From NCBI GenBank assembly GCA_030704615.1, contig CM060734.1, forward strand, positions 12,152,001-12,216,000: a DNA stretch of 64,000 bases. Reading direction: 5' to 3'. Position numbers and translations under genes: made by a program. Source of the DNA: Takakia lepidozioides (Eukaryota > Plantae > Bryophyta). The first letter of the stretch is position 1; each line of letters opens with the position of its first letter. Below the pieces are notes generated by a model. The model was given only the letters and a program-made list of their open reading frames with translations, searched no databases and had not been told where the DNA came from. This document shows, piece after piece, positions 12,149-21,279 of this stretch.

Positions 12149-12513
12149 GTGCCACCAGCTGCTGAGGGGAGTGCCGGTACAAGCACCAGCGATACTAGTG
12201 GGTACACAAGACAAGGTGTGCGGTTTAGGCCACTTTCACCTTCAGTGTCTTCTGAGGAAGGTTCAGACTCGGAGTCAGGAGGATTCTCGCCGAGGGTGCA
12301 AGTCATTTCCGTGCCATTGTTGTGGGACACGATGGAGGAGATGTATGGAGCTACCAAGGGGCCACGTAGGTACTCTTGAGCTGTGGGCACCATCGAGCTT
12401 GATGACTTTATACAAGAGTTTGACAGTTGGTGTGATTTGCAGCAAATGCGCAATCCACAACTGTTTACGCCCTTTATGGCGTGGAAGGGGCTATTCCAGC
12501 ACCTTGAAGGCCC
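12149..12513 (+). pseudogene. Disrupted N-terminus of gag
   Basis: Reads MEEMYGATKGPRRYS*AVGTIELDDFIQEFDSWCDLQQMRNPQLF..WKGLFQHLEGP. There is an in-frame TGA at 12377-12379 and a frameshift at ~12513 into the 1267-aa ORF. Confidence 0.7.
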
Positions 12514-15500
12514 ATGGATGATTACCATGAATTTAGGCGGGGACATGCGGTGGAGATTGAGGAGTGGCGAGAGTATTGGTCACCTAACTATGTCTCAATC
12601 ACTAGAGGCAAAAGGGCAGCGGTGACACCAGCAGCTACACAAACATCTCCAACTACAAGCACTAGTAGTGGAACAAGTAGTGCCGGCACTTCTGCAGGTG
12701 GTACCAGTTCAAAAGGTGCTACTACTCCTCCTGCCACAATTACAACACATGTGCCTAGATTCAACCCGGTGGTGGAGTTCTTCCAGGAGTTGCGGAGGAA
12801 CTACCAAGGTGTACGGACAGAGAAGCTGCGAAGTTTGCAAGACTTCCAGCGCAAATCCAGTGAGAGCTTGCGAGAGGCCTACACTCGTATGAGGCGCTTG
12901 ATAAGTGTGACCCAAGGGATTACTGAAGCTCAGGCAGTCCAGTTCTGGTATGGAATTTTGAACAAGGAGCTCAAGAGAAGGGTGCGGGATGCAACCCTGT
13001 TACAAGCGGCCCAACCCACATTAGCGGATGTGTTTCTGCTGGCTGAGCGGATTGAGCTCAACATGGTGGAGGAGCGAGTTGTTACCATTGGATTTGGCAA
13101 GGACATGCCTGCACAAGGTGCAGCTGCCAGCCAACAGGTACAAGGGACTGCCCAACAGCGTGGTCAGGGGGGCAAGGTTGCCCAACCCAAGTTCCATGGA
13201 GCTTACAATGGACCTCAGGTGCAGAGGCCCGTGACATCTTTTGCAGGCCAACAGCAACCAGGGGTGATATGTTGGACATGTGGAGGACCCCATGTCAAGA
13301 GAGATTGCCCAGAGAGTGGCAGAAGGCCGGCACAAGCACAGCCTGCACAGTTGCAGTGTGGGCATTGTGGCAAGCATGGGCATGGAGCTGCCCAGTGTTA
13401 TGACTTGCATCCTGAGTTGCGCCCAGGCCAGTTCCAAGGGAACAATGGTGGCCGGGGGCGAGGTGGACCAGCCCAGAGAGGACGAGGTGGTCGGGCACGA
13501 GGTGCAGGCCAAGGGCAAGCTCAACATGGCCAAGGACGCGGAGGTCAGGGTGTTGACCAAGGCATGGCCAACCGGCTTCAGCAGTTAGAGCAGAGGCTCG
13601 CTGCCATGGCTACAGCTCAGGTGGTACCAGCTCCCAGGCAGGATGGTCCACCTCCTACTCCTGAGGGAGGAGATATGGGAGGCATGGGATTCATGTGCGG
13701 AGCAGCACTACCACTAGTGCAGGTGGAGTCTGCTGCAGCCGTGACTCGAGGAGCAGCACGAGTTCCTGAGCCACGAGGTGCAGAGGTGGAATTGGATCCA
13801 CACCGTGGGGAGGCAAGCCGTCAGGCGAGGCTTCCTCAGTCATTCACATTGGCGGAGATAGTGTCGACGCCATCCATGGCACCTAGTTCTCGCCCGACTG
13901 TTACCGAGGCGGAGGTTACTATGCCATTGGGGAGAGCTACACGTGCAGCACCGACACCTGCTACCAAGGCTAGTGCAGCCGGTGTGTTATCGGGGGCAGC
14001 CACCTCTGTGTGTCAAGCCCCACTGTTCTCGGCAACCATGATTGCGACGCCGGGGGTAAGACCAGCTGCAGTGTTCAGACTAGCAGCAACACTCTACGAG
14101 AGTGAGGAGGTCACTTTATCTTCTGCGGAGTTACTGGAAGGTGTAGTGGCAGAGGGATCTTCGGATTTGAGGGTCAAGACTGCCATGGCTGCGCCACGGC
14201 AAGCTGCAGCTGCCAGGTTGACGGAGCTGCCAGCTAGACCAGCCTTTGAGCACGCCATGGTGACACATGGAGTTGTCTTGTTAGACAACCAGGGAGGCAT
14301 TTTCACTTTGAGTGGACCGGCAGGCAAGAAGTACCGGCCACTGCGGGTCTTGTTGGACTCAGGAGCTCAGCCACTGATGTTGGGCAGAGCTGCTATTGCA
14401 GGTTTGGGCTTCATGGAGGCGGATATGGAGCCTTGTCCTTTCCAGATACAGACATCTCTGGGAGGATCAGAGCAGGCTCGGGGCATGACACGGCGTGAGT
14501 TGGCCATTGGACTACAACCAGATCATCCTGTAGATGGCTCAGTGATGCGAGCCAAGGCCATTGTGACAGACGCGGTCTCTTACAATGTCCTTGTTGGTGG
14601 GGCAGTGTTATATCCCATGGGCTTCACCCTGGACTTTTGGGAGGAGTCAGCATCCTACAGGCCTGGATGGCAGTCAGGGGATGGTCGTCGTGCACAGCTC
14701 CCTGTGACATTCATTGGGGGTATTGCGGCTGCCCAGCGGGGCAAGATGCCAACACTAGCCGCCTTTACAGCTGCAGTTAGTTGGCCTGGAGAGTTGTTGG
14801 AAGGCAATGCCCATGCAGAGGATGTGCCACCTCCAGCAGAGCAGGATGACATGCATGGTACGGCGGAGTTGTCTGCCATGGTTGCTCACACTCCATTATG
14901 GGGTACGAGCAAGGATTTGCAGCAGGCTGCTGATGGACGGGTAAAACAAGCTTGGGTAGAGGCCTTCATACCGTCAGGAGAAGAGGAGAGTGCGGTGATT
15001 GCACCAGGACCACCTCAGTTGTCGCCATTGGACACCACACCTCTTGTGTGGCAGTGCCCGGATGAAGGCATATGCCTTCTGGACTTGTTTGGCGGGATCA
15101 GCACTGGATTGGCTGCAGTACTGCAGGCAGGTGTACGAGTTCGATGTTACCTGTATGTGGAGAGGGATGAGACTACACGACGCGTCTCACTGTGCCATGT
15201 TGCTCAGTTGGTACAGCAGTACCCTGACTTGTTGCCAGTGTCTGCAATTCGTGGATACCAACAAGCCTTGCCAGCAGACATTTCGTTGCTGGGGGCGCAG
15301 GATTTGGAGGGGGTTGGCTCCATTGATCTGGTAGTGGCAGGTTGGCCCTGCCAAGGGCATTCATCAGCCGGGCATGGCAATGGATTGCGAGACTCGAGGA
15401 CGGGTCTGTTTTGGGAGATGGTGCGGATTTTGCGCCACCTGCAGCTTCATCAAGCTGTATCTCCAGTATACATCTTGGAGAATGTGCCACTGATGGGTGA

Positions 15501-16317
15501 TTCTCGGGCCAGGGTGATGGCCAGTGTGCATCAAGTCCTGTCGTGGCTTGGGTCAGCAATGTTGCTGGATGCAGCTGCAGTGGGGTCAGGGGCTCATCGT
15601 CCACGGCTATGGTGGACTAACTTGATGTCACCCGCACTGCTCAAGCGTGTATTTGATGGGGTGCAGCGGCCAGCACACCTCACAGTGGATAGCATTTTGG
15701 ACACAGGGAGGCAGTCTCAACGTGTGAGACACGATGACCGTTTGCCTTTGGCAGTGGTCAACAGGGTGGGTCAACCACGAGCAGCATTACCTACACTGCT
15801 CAGCTTCCCAGGATCCCATGCTTTTCGGGATGGTGGACCTGGCCTCTTGTGGGATAGCCAGTTGCAACAATTAGTGGAGCCCAATGCTGACGAGCGCGAG
15901 CGGGCGATGGGTTTTACCACAGGTACCACGGCGGTGCCATCTCTTTCTGAGGCATCACGTCAGGTGTTGGGGCAAGCAATGGATCTAAATTGCTTGACCT
16001 GGATTATCAGCTTGGCTATGGCTGAGCAGCGCAGAGTACGGAGTACACTTCCCTTCATGGTCTCCCTGCCTACCGAGACGGTACAGGCAGCGAGTGGGGG
16101 CGAGCACGTGAGGACCACGAGGTGCAGGCCGCATCCATGGCACACGTGGGAGGTGCTCGGTGTTCAGAAGGAGTTGGCAGCCAAGGCGGCGGTGATGGAT
16201 CAGGTTGGGGATTTTTCTCGGATTGAGGAGGTCCTCAAAGATGGGATGATGGGGCAGGATGGGACATTGTCACTGACAGAGGAGGCAGTGATCACTGCTC
16301 AAGAGGTTGCAGCATAG
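12514..16317 (+). CDS. Ty3/gypsy-type polyprotein: Gag - 2 zinc knuckles - aspartic protease - C5 DNA cytosine methyltransferase
   Basis: Gag core FQRKSSESLREAYTRM. Knuckles CWTCGGPHVKRDC and CGHCGKHGHGAAQC. RGG tract. Protease LLDSGAQ (Asp codon 14356) plus VLVGGAVL. The C5-MTase motifs follow in the same frame. Confidence 0.9.
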   Translation: MDDYHEFRRGHAVEIEEWREYWSPNYVSITRGKRAAVTPAATQTSPTTSTSSGTSSAGTSAGGTSSKGATTPPATITTHVPRFNPVVEFFQELRRNYQGVRTEKLRSLQDFQRKSSESLREAYTRMRRLISVTQGITEAQAVQFWYGILNKELKRRVRDATLLQAAQPTLADVFLLAERIELNMVEERVVTIGFGKDMPAQGAAASQQVQGTAQQRGQGGKVAQPKFHGAYNGPQVQRPVTSFAGQQQPGVICWTCGGPHVKRDCPESGRRPAQAQPAQLQCGHCGKHGHGAAQCYDLHPELRPGQFQGNNGGRGRGGPAQRGRGGRARGAGQGQAQHGQGRGGQGVDQGMANRLQQLEQRLAAMATAQVVPAPRQDGPPPTPEGGDMGGMGFMCGAALPLVQVESAAAVTRGAARVPEPRGAEVELDPHRGEASRQARLPQSFTLAEIVSTPSMAPSSRPTVTEAEVTMPLGRATRAAPTPATKASAAGVLSGAATSVCQAPLFSATMIATPGVRPAAVFRLAATLYESEEVTLSSAELLEGVVAEGSSDLRVKTAMAAPRQAAAARLTELPARPAFEHAMVTHGVVLLDNQGGIFTLSGPAGKKYRPLRVLLDSGAQPLMLGRAAIAGLGFMEADMEPCPFQIQTSLGGSEQARGMTRRELAIGLQPDHPVDGSVMRAKAIVTDAVSYNVLVGGAVLYPMGFTLDFWEESASYRPGWQSGDGRRAQLPVTFIGGIAAAQRGKMPTLAAFTAAVSWPGELLEGNAHAEDVPPPAEQDDMHGTAELSAMVAHTPLWGTSKDLQQAADGRVKQAWVEAFIPSGEEESAVIAPGPPQLSPLDTTPLVWQCPDEGICLLDLFGGISTGLAAVLQAGVRVRCYLYVERDETTRRVSLCHVAQLVQQYPDLLPVSAIRGYQQALPADISLLGAQDLEGVGSIDLVVAGWPCQGHSSAGHGNGLRDSRTGLFWEMVRILRHLQLHQAVSPVYILENVPLMGDSRARVMASVHQVLSWLGSAMLLDAAAVGSGAHRPRLWWTNLMSPALLKRVFDGVQRPAHLTVDSILDTGRQSQRVRHDDRLPLAVVNRVGQPRAALPTLLSFPGSHAFRDGGPGLLWDSQLQQLVEPNADERERAMGFTTGTTAVPSLSEASRQVLGQAMDLNCLTWIISLAMAEQRRVRSTLPFMVSLPTETVQAASGGEHVRTTRCRPHPWHTWEVLGVQKELAAKAAVMDQVGDFSRIEEVLKDGMMGQDGTLSLTEEAVITAQEVAA
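15070..16020 (+). other. DNMT3-like C5 cytosine methyltransferase domain within the retrotransposon polyprotein
   Basis: Motif I LDLFGGISTG (~15079). Motif II YVERD. Motif IV DLVVAGWPCQG (PCQ 15346-15354). Motif VI ILENV (15478-15486). Motif VIII AHRPRLWWTN (15598). Motif IX ERERAMGF. Motif X QVLGQAM (15961). Canonical, non-permuted order. Confidence 0.93.
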
Positions 16318-17349
16318 CAACCACGGGACGCGTCTTCTACCTCTAAGCCTGCTGGACTCAAGGTTGCAGTCACGGAGGACAACTGGGAGCCTGATGTTGG
16401 ACCTATAGTCACCGGAGGAGAGAGACGACATATACGGCGGTTCTTGAGGGCTTACAATAACTTCTTTGCCTTCAGTTTGAAGGACATAGGAGCACTGAAG
16501 GGTCAAGAGATTCACATTGAATTGGCTACTGACACGTCAATCTTTCGAAGACCCTATAGATACAGTGACATGGAGAGGTCCTTGATTCAGATGAGAACTC
16601 AGGACCTTTGGGAGGCTGGTTTGGTGGAGCTATCTGGGGGAGAGTATGCTTCAGCCACAGTGATGCCAGCCAAGAAGGATGTCTTTGGCAATTGGACGGA
16701 GAGACGTATGTGCGGTGATTACCGACCTGTAAATCGTCAGACCAAGTCCGATAGGTATGTCATGCCAACACCAGAGGAGATCTTTGATGCCATTGGGCAT
16801 GCCAAGATCTTTAGCACGTTGGATTTACGATCCGGATATCACCAGTTGCTGATCAAGGAGGCGGATAAGCAAAAGACGGCATTATGGGGGATCAATGAGC
16901 ACGGGAAGGATTGCCTATACCAGTGGCGGTTCTTACCATTTGGGCTTAAGAACGCTCCGGCAGAGTTTCAGAGAGTCATGGACAGGATTCTAGCAGGGGT
17001 GGAGTTTGCTCGGTGCTACATAGATGACATCATCATCTTTAGTGCTACGGTGGAAGAGCATGAGAGACACCTTCAGGGGGTATTTGAGCGCTTGAGGGCG
17101 CACGGATTGAAGTTACATCCGGGAAAGTGCAAGTTTTTCCACAACCAGATTGAGTATCTGGGTTACATGATATATCCTGGAGGATTGGGGGTACAGCAGA
17201 CTAAGGTAGAGTCCATTGCACAGGTTCCACGCCCCACGGATGTGAGCCGAGTTCGAGCTTTCATGGGGTTAGCAAACTATTATAGACGGTTTGTTAAGGG
17301 ATTTAGTGCCATTGCAAAGGCTCTAACCAAGCTGACCAAGGTGGACCAT
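16318..17349 (+). CDS. Ty3/gypsy reverse transcriptase, same frame as the DNMT ORF, truncated before RNase H/integrase
   Basis: Motifs [53 protein letters not shown] and FMGLANYYRRFVKGFS. No stop lies between TAG 16315-16317 and the RT. Homology is lost after KLTKVD at ~17349. Confidence 0.92.
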
Positions 17350-19050
17350 TGTGGTATAGCTTTCTAGGATTGTGTGCTTAGATTGTGTGGTGGACAACGA
17401 TGTATGTTGTGGCACGATGCTTAGATGCACGACACAGGGGTCAAGGCAGATTTAGGCCCTGGAGTGGTTATCTTCACGGCAAGCACGGGAGGCTCATCTT
17501 TCTCGAGTTGAGCCTCACCGCGCCTAGCTATGGCGCCATAGTGTGGATTCCCCATGGCGTGGGGTGCACTTGGCTTGACTTGTATTTGAGTGATGAGGTT
17601 ATATATGCATGAGTTTATGCTTCAGCTTTGTGAGCTCGCATGAGCTTGTGCTTGTATTTTTTTTTTTTTATCACTCAAGAAAGATGAGCTCGTATCTGTG
17701 AGTGCCAGATACGAGTTAGTTGTAGCGCTTGTGGTTTTTGCTTGAGAATGAGAGAAACCAGGTTGTTATGCAAGGAGCACCGTGGAGCTCTTGGTTGTTA
17801 GAAGTGGAGGCGATGTGGGTTACGAGGTGGTAGACCTTGGCATTCGATCTTCAGCTTCAGAGATGAAAGCACCATGCTGCAAGATTGCAAGACCAAGCGA
17901 AAGGGCTGATTTGGCTTGGGGCAAATCAGTGCACTTTGTGGAGTATGTTGAGATTGGGTTTCAATCTTGAGCTTCAGCATTGAGAGGGCTCTTGTCATGG
18001 CAAGAGCAGGGCTAGAACAAGAGCTAAGAGGTGCGGCAAGGCCATGGAATGTGCACCTAGGGTTTCAGAGCTTGGAAGAAGAGCTCTTGCACCACAAGAG
18101 GAGTGTCTTGTGGCTGGAAATGTAAGCCTTAGGGTTTCAGGAGCTTGGCAAGGGCTGTGGAGTGCTTAGTCTTGTCTTAGAGAGCATCAAGGAGCTAAGG
18201 AGCCAAGATAGGGGGCTGATACCTCTTGTGTGAAGAGGTTGCATGTGTGGAGCATGTATTCAGCTCATTGAAGCTTCCATCTTCAAGCTTGGAGGGCAAG
18301 CAAGGAAGAGGGAAGGGCTGACTTCCCTTATGTGAGAGCAATGCATGTGTGGAGCATGCTTTTAGCCTATTGAAGGCTTGTACTTTCAGGTTTGGGAGTG
18401 CAAGAAAGGAAGGAAGGGGCTGGTTTCCCTGTAGGGCATGTGTGGAGCATGCTTCCAGTCCGCTGAAGCGTGTATTTTCAGGTTGGTGGGTGCAAGAAAG
18501 AAAGCAAAGGGGCTGATTCTCTGGTGGTGAGAGTGGGGCATGTGTGGAGCATGCCTTCAGTCCATTGGGCTTTTGTTTTCAAGCTTTATAGAACTAGAAG
18601 AGAAGGTAAGGGGCTGATCTGCTCTTATGTAACAGTCCGACACTTGTAGAGCGTGTTCTGAGTTGGGGTTTCAACCTCAAGCCTAGATAGAGCATGGCTC
18701 TTGAAGTGGCAGATGTAGGGGGCTGGAATAGCCTCTAAGACAGATACTATGGCCAAGGGAAATGTTTGAATGAGTGCTCACAAGGGCTGGAAACCAGCAA
18801 GGCTTGGTTGTTTGCCATTGAGTTTAGTGGCGTGTTTGGGGAGAAGGCTTGGTTTGTGGCAACCATCTTCCTCATGGCTTAGGGCTACTATTGGTGGTGT
18901 GTGGGAGCCGAAAGAGCAAGAATACCTTGCTGATTTCTTCACAGCCACCATAGCTCGGTGCAAAGAAGCCTAGAGTCCAAGAGACACAAACCCTAGCTTG
19001 GCGTGGCTAAACCCCTTGGAGAAATGCCTAAACTGCCATGAGTGGCTTGT
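17350..19050 (+). mobile_element. LTR-like non-coding segment related to 9129-10900; truncates the DNMT element
   Basis: Begins TGTGGTATAG at the RT break. It has patchy motif identity to 9395-9680 and internal ~100-bp repeats with GCATGTGTGGAGCATG at 18241, 18343, 18436 and 18538. Confidence 0.55.
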
Positions 19051-19051
19051 G

Positions 19052-19160
19052 GGGCTGTGACGGGCTGTGATAGGCTGTGATGGGCTGTGGTGGGCTGTGA
19101 CAGGCTGTGCCCTGTGACCTGTGTAGGGCTGTGACAGGCTGTGCCATGTGGCCTGTGGGT
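19052..19160 (+). repeat. Degenerate 10-bp tandem repeat (RGGCTGTGAY)
   Basis: Reads gggctgtgac gggctgtgat aggctgtgat gggctgtggt gggctgtgac aggctgtgcc... Confidence 0.85.
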
Positions 19161-21273
19161 GAATCGGAAGCGGAGGGAAGTGAAGTTTGAGGCAGGCACG
19201 GAGGTCTGGTTGAACATCAAAAATTTCCGACTACCTCCGGAAGTGAGTCCAAAGTTCGTACCTCCATATGCGGGACCCTTTCGCATCCGGAAGGTTATGA
19301 ATGAGGATGTGTATGAATTGGAGTTGCCGGCAAACAGCAAGGTGCATCCAGTATTCCACGTCTCCCTTTTGAAGCCTTACTTCAAAGAGAAAGCGCGTCC
19401 AAATCGGCATCAAGTGTTGCGTCCGCCACCTATGCTGTTAGATCATGAAAATGAACCTGAGTATGAGGTGGAGGCAGTACTTAAGTCGAGGAGGTTCAAG
19501 AACCGAGAAACAGAGTATCTCGTCAAATGGAAGGGCTATCATCATGTGGAGGCATCTTGGGTGCGTGCCTCAGAAATTGGAAACACATCCGAGGCGGTTG
19601 CAGTTTTCAAAGGGTGACCTCAAAAATGGAAGAAGCGTTGATGGGGACATCAACCTTGGAGCGTGGGGGAGGAAATGCATGCTTAGCCCGGCTTAGCTAG
19701 CTTAGGAATCCGATTGCAAAAACTTGTATTGTACAAAAATTTGTTATAAAGGAAATGGATTCCAAATGTTGTGCGTCCTATTTTGTTTGGAATGGTGATG
19801 CATGGTGTGGTTGGCTAGTGTGTAGAATGCATGCTAGCTTACAAAAGTGGGAGAGGTAAATTGGGTTAATCGTGTGTTTGCGCAGTGCCAAAATCGGGTG
19901 ACTTCCATCCAAATGGGCAAGGAAACTTGCGCGTTCTTTAGGAGTTCACGTGCTAGTGCGCACCTGGCGCGTGCGCATACTATAACTGCGCTACCGAGGG
20001 GGTTGCTTTGTACTGCGGGCTAACGCGGAAGCTACGTGCTTCCGTTCACGTACTATAATCGTGTAGCCTTGGGACGAAGTCGTAGTGCGGCTTCGGCGTG
20101 TTCCCGTACCTTAGGCCAACATTCCGAGGCGGACCCAATTGTAGTGATTGGGGCGTGCGGTTGGTTCAAGGTTATCTTCCTAGTCAAAGAGGGTTCGAGG
20201 TGAACCCTTGCTCAAGGTGATGCCGAAAGCGGCATCATGAGCGGTCGCAAGCAATGTTGTTGCAGTAAGGCGATTCGATCCTCGGGGAGGATCGTTCCTT
20301 GGCCTTGAAGTAGGCCAAGAAGAGTGCACTAGGAGGAGCTTGAGAGGTTCCACCCTTGGCCGGGACTTGGAGGAAATCGGCCGAACTAGCTAGTGGAGAG
20401 TAGAGTCAAGTGTGGGGTTTGGTTCTTTGCCATGGGACGCCATGGTACGGAAACAAACTCCTTGATGTGGGACGCCACAACTTGGATGTTCGTTTCCACA
20501 AAATGTACAAGCCGATGAGGACATCGACTCCCTGTTGGTAGGGGTGTGTGTCGCGGCCCTTTGCCTTGAGGGTAGGGGGTCGGGACACAAGAGGAGCTGC
20601 CCCTGTGGTGGGGGCAGTGGCAGCGATAGGTATGGGGGGCTGAAGCACCCTTGAGTGCCCAAAGCACTCAAGGAGGCGGAGGCACTCACTAGGTGGAGCC
20701 CCGCACACCGGGTTGCGGTGGGGGTGGCTCCACAAGGGGTGGTGGTAGCTTAGCGGGACTTAGTGGGGGTGGCATAGGACTCACCCTGGGGCAGAGACCT
20801 CGTGGTGGGAGTCGTGGGGAGTCTTGGGACTCATCACGGTCCATAGGGGCCGTGGTGAGTGGGCCAAGACTCACCGCGACTCATCACCGGGAGTCGAGGG
20901 TGTTCGTGGTGGTTCGCCATAAAATGGCATGGTTGTTTGTGAAACCCCCGCGGACAGCTACAGAAGTATATATAGGGAGTAGTAACCCCGAGAATGGTGC
21001 AAGCCCGCTGGTGACCAAAAGCTAGTGAGTAAGCAAGCGAGCCGGAAAGTGACCAAAGAGTGGGGAGCTGTTCCGGACTGCCAACTACCAAAGGGAATTC
21101 CGCTAGTTCTAAATCATTGGAGGGTTCTTTGGGAGATCAAGGGGGGACTGTTATGTCCTGGTGAGCAGCCGAAGCTCCAAGTTGGCCCGGCGGCCAGGTT
21201 GGGAGTTAGGCGCGCGCATCAAGCGAGTAACTATGACTTGAGGGGGGAGCTTACCGAAGTGAGGTGCGCGACA
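19161..21273 (+). mobile_element. 5'-truncated older copy of the chromovirus: integrase C-terminus/chromodomain, 3'UTR and 3' LTR (20549-21273)
   Basis: ORF 19141-19617 is nearly identical to the C-terminus of pol 33026-36229 (GPF motif, chromodomain). The LTR runs TGTCGCGG...GCGACA. A premature TGA at 19615 corresponds to CGA in the intact copy. Confidence 0.93.
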
Positions 21274-21279
21274 CTCTAT

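Noticed and set aside
15070-16020. Host DRM/CMT/MET1 gene or bacterial restriction-modification MTase
   Set aside because: It is intronless, in frame with Gag/protease and RT, and non-permuted. It has no UBA/BAH/chromo domains and no neighbouring restriction enzyme.
9129-19050. 9129-10900 and 17350-19050 as paired LTRs of a single DNMT element
   Set aside because: Similarity is only patchy, the second segment starts mid-pol without integrase or PPT, and no TSD was found.
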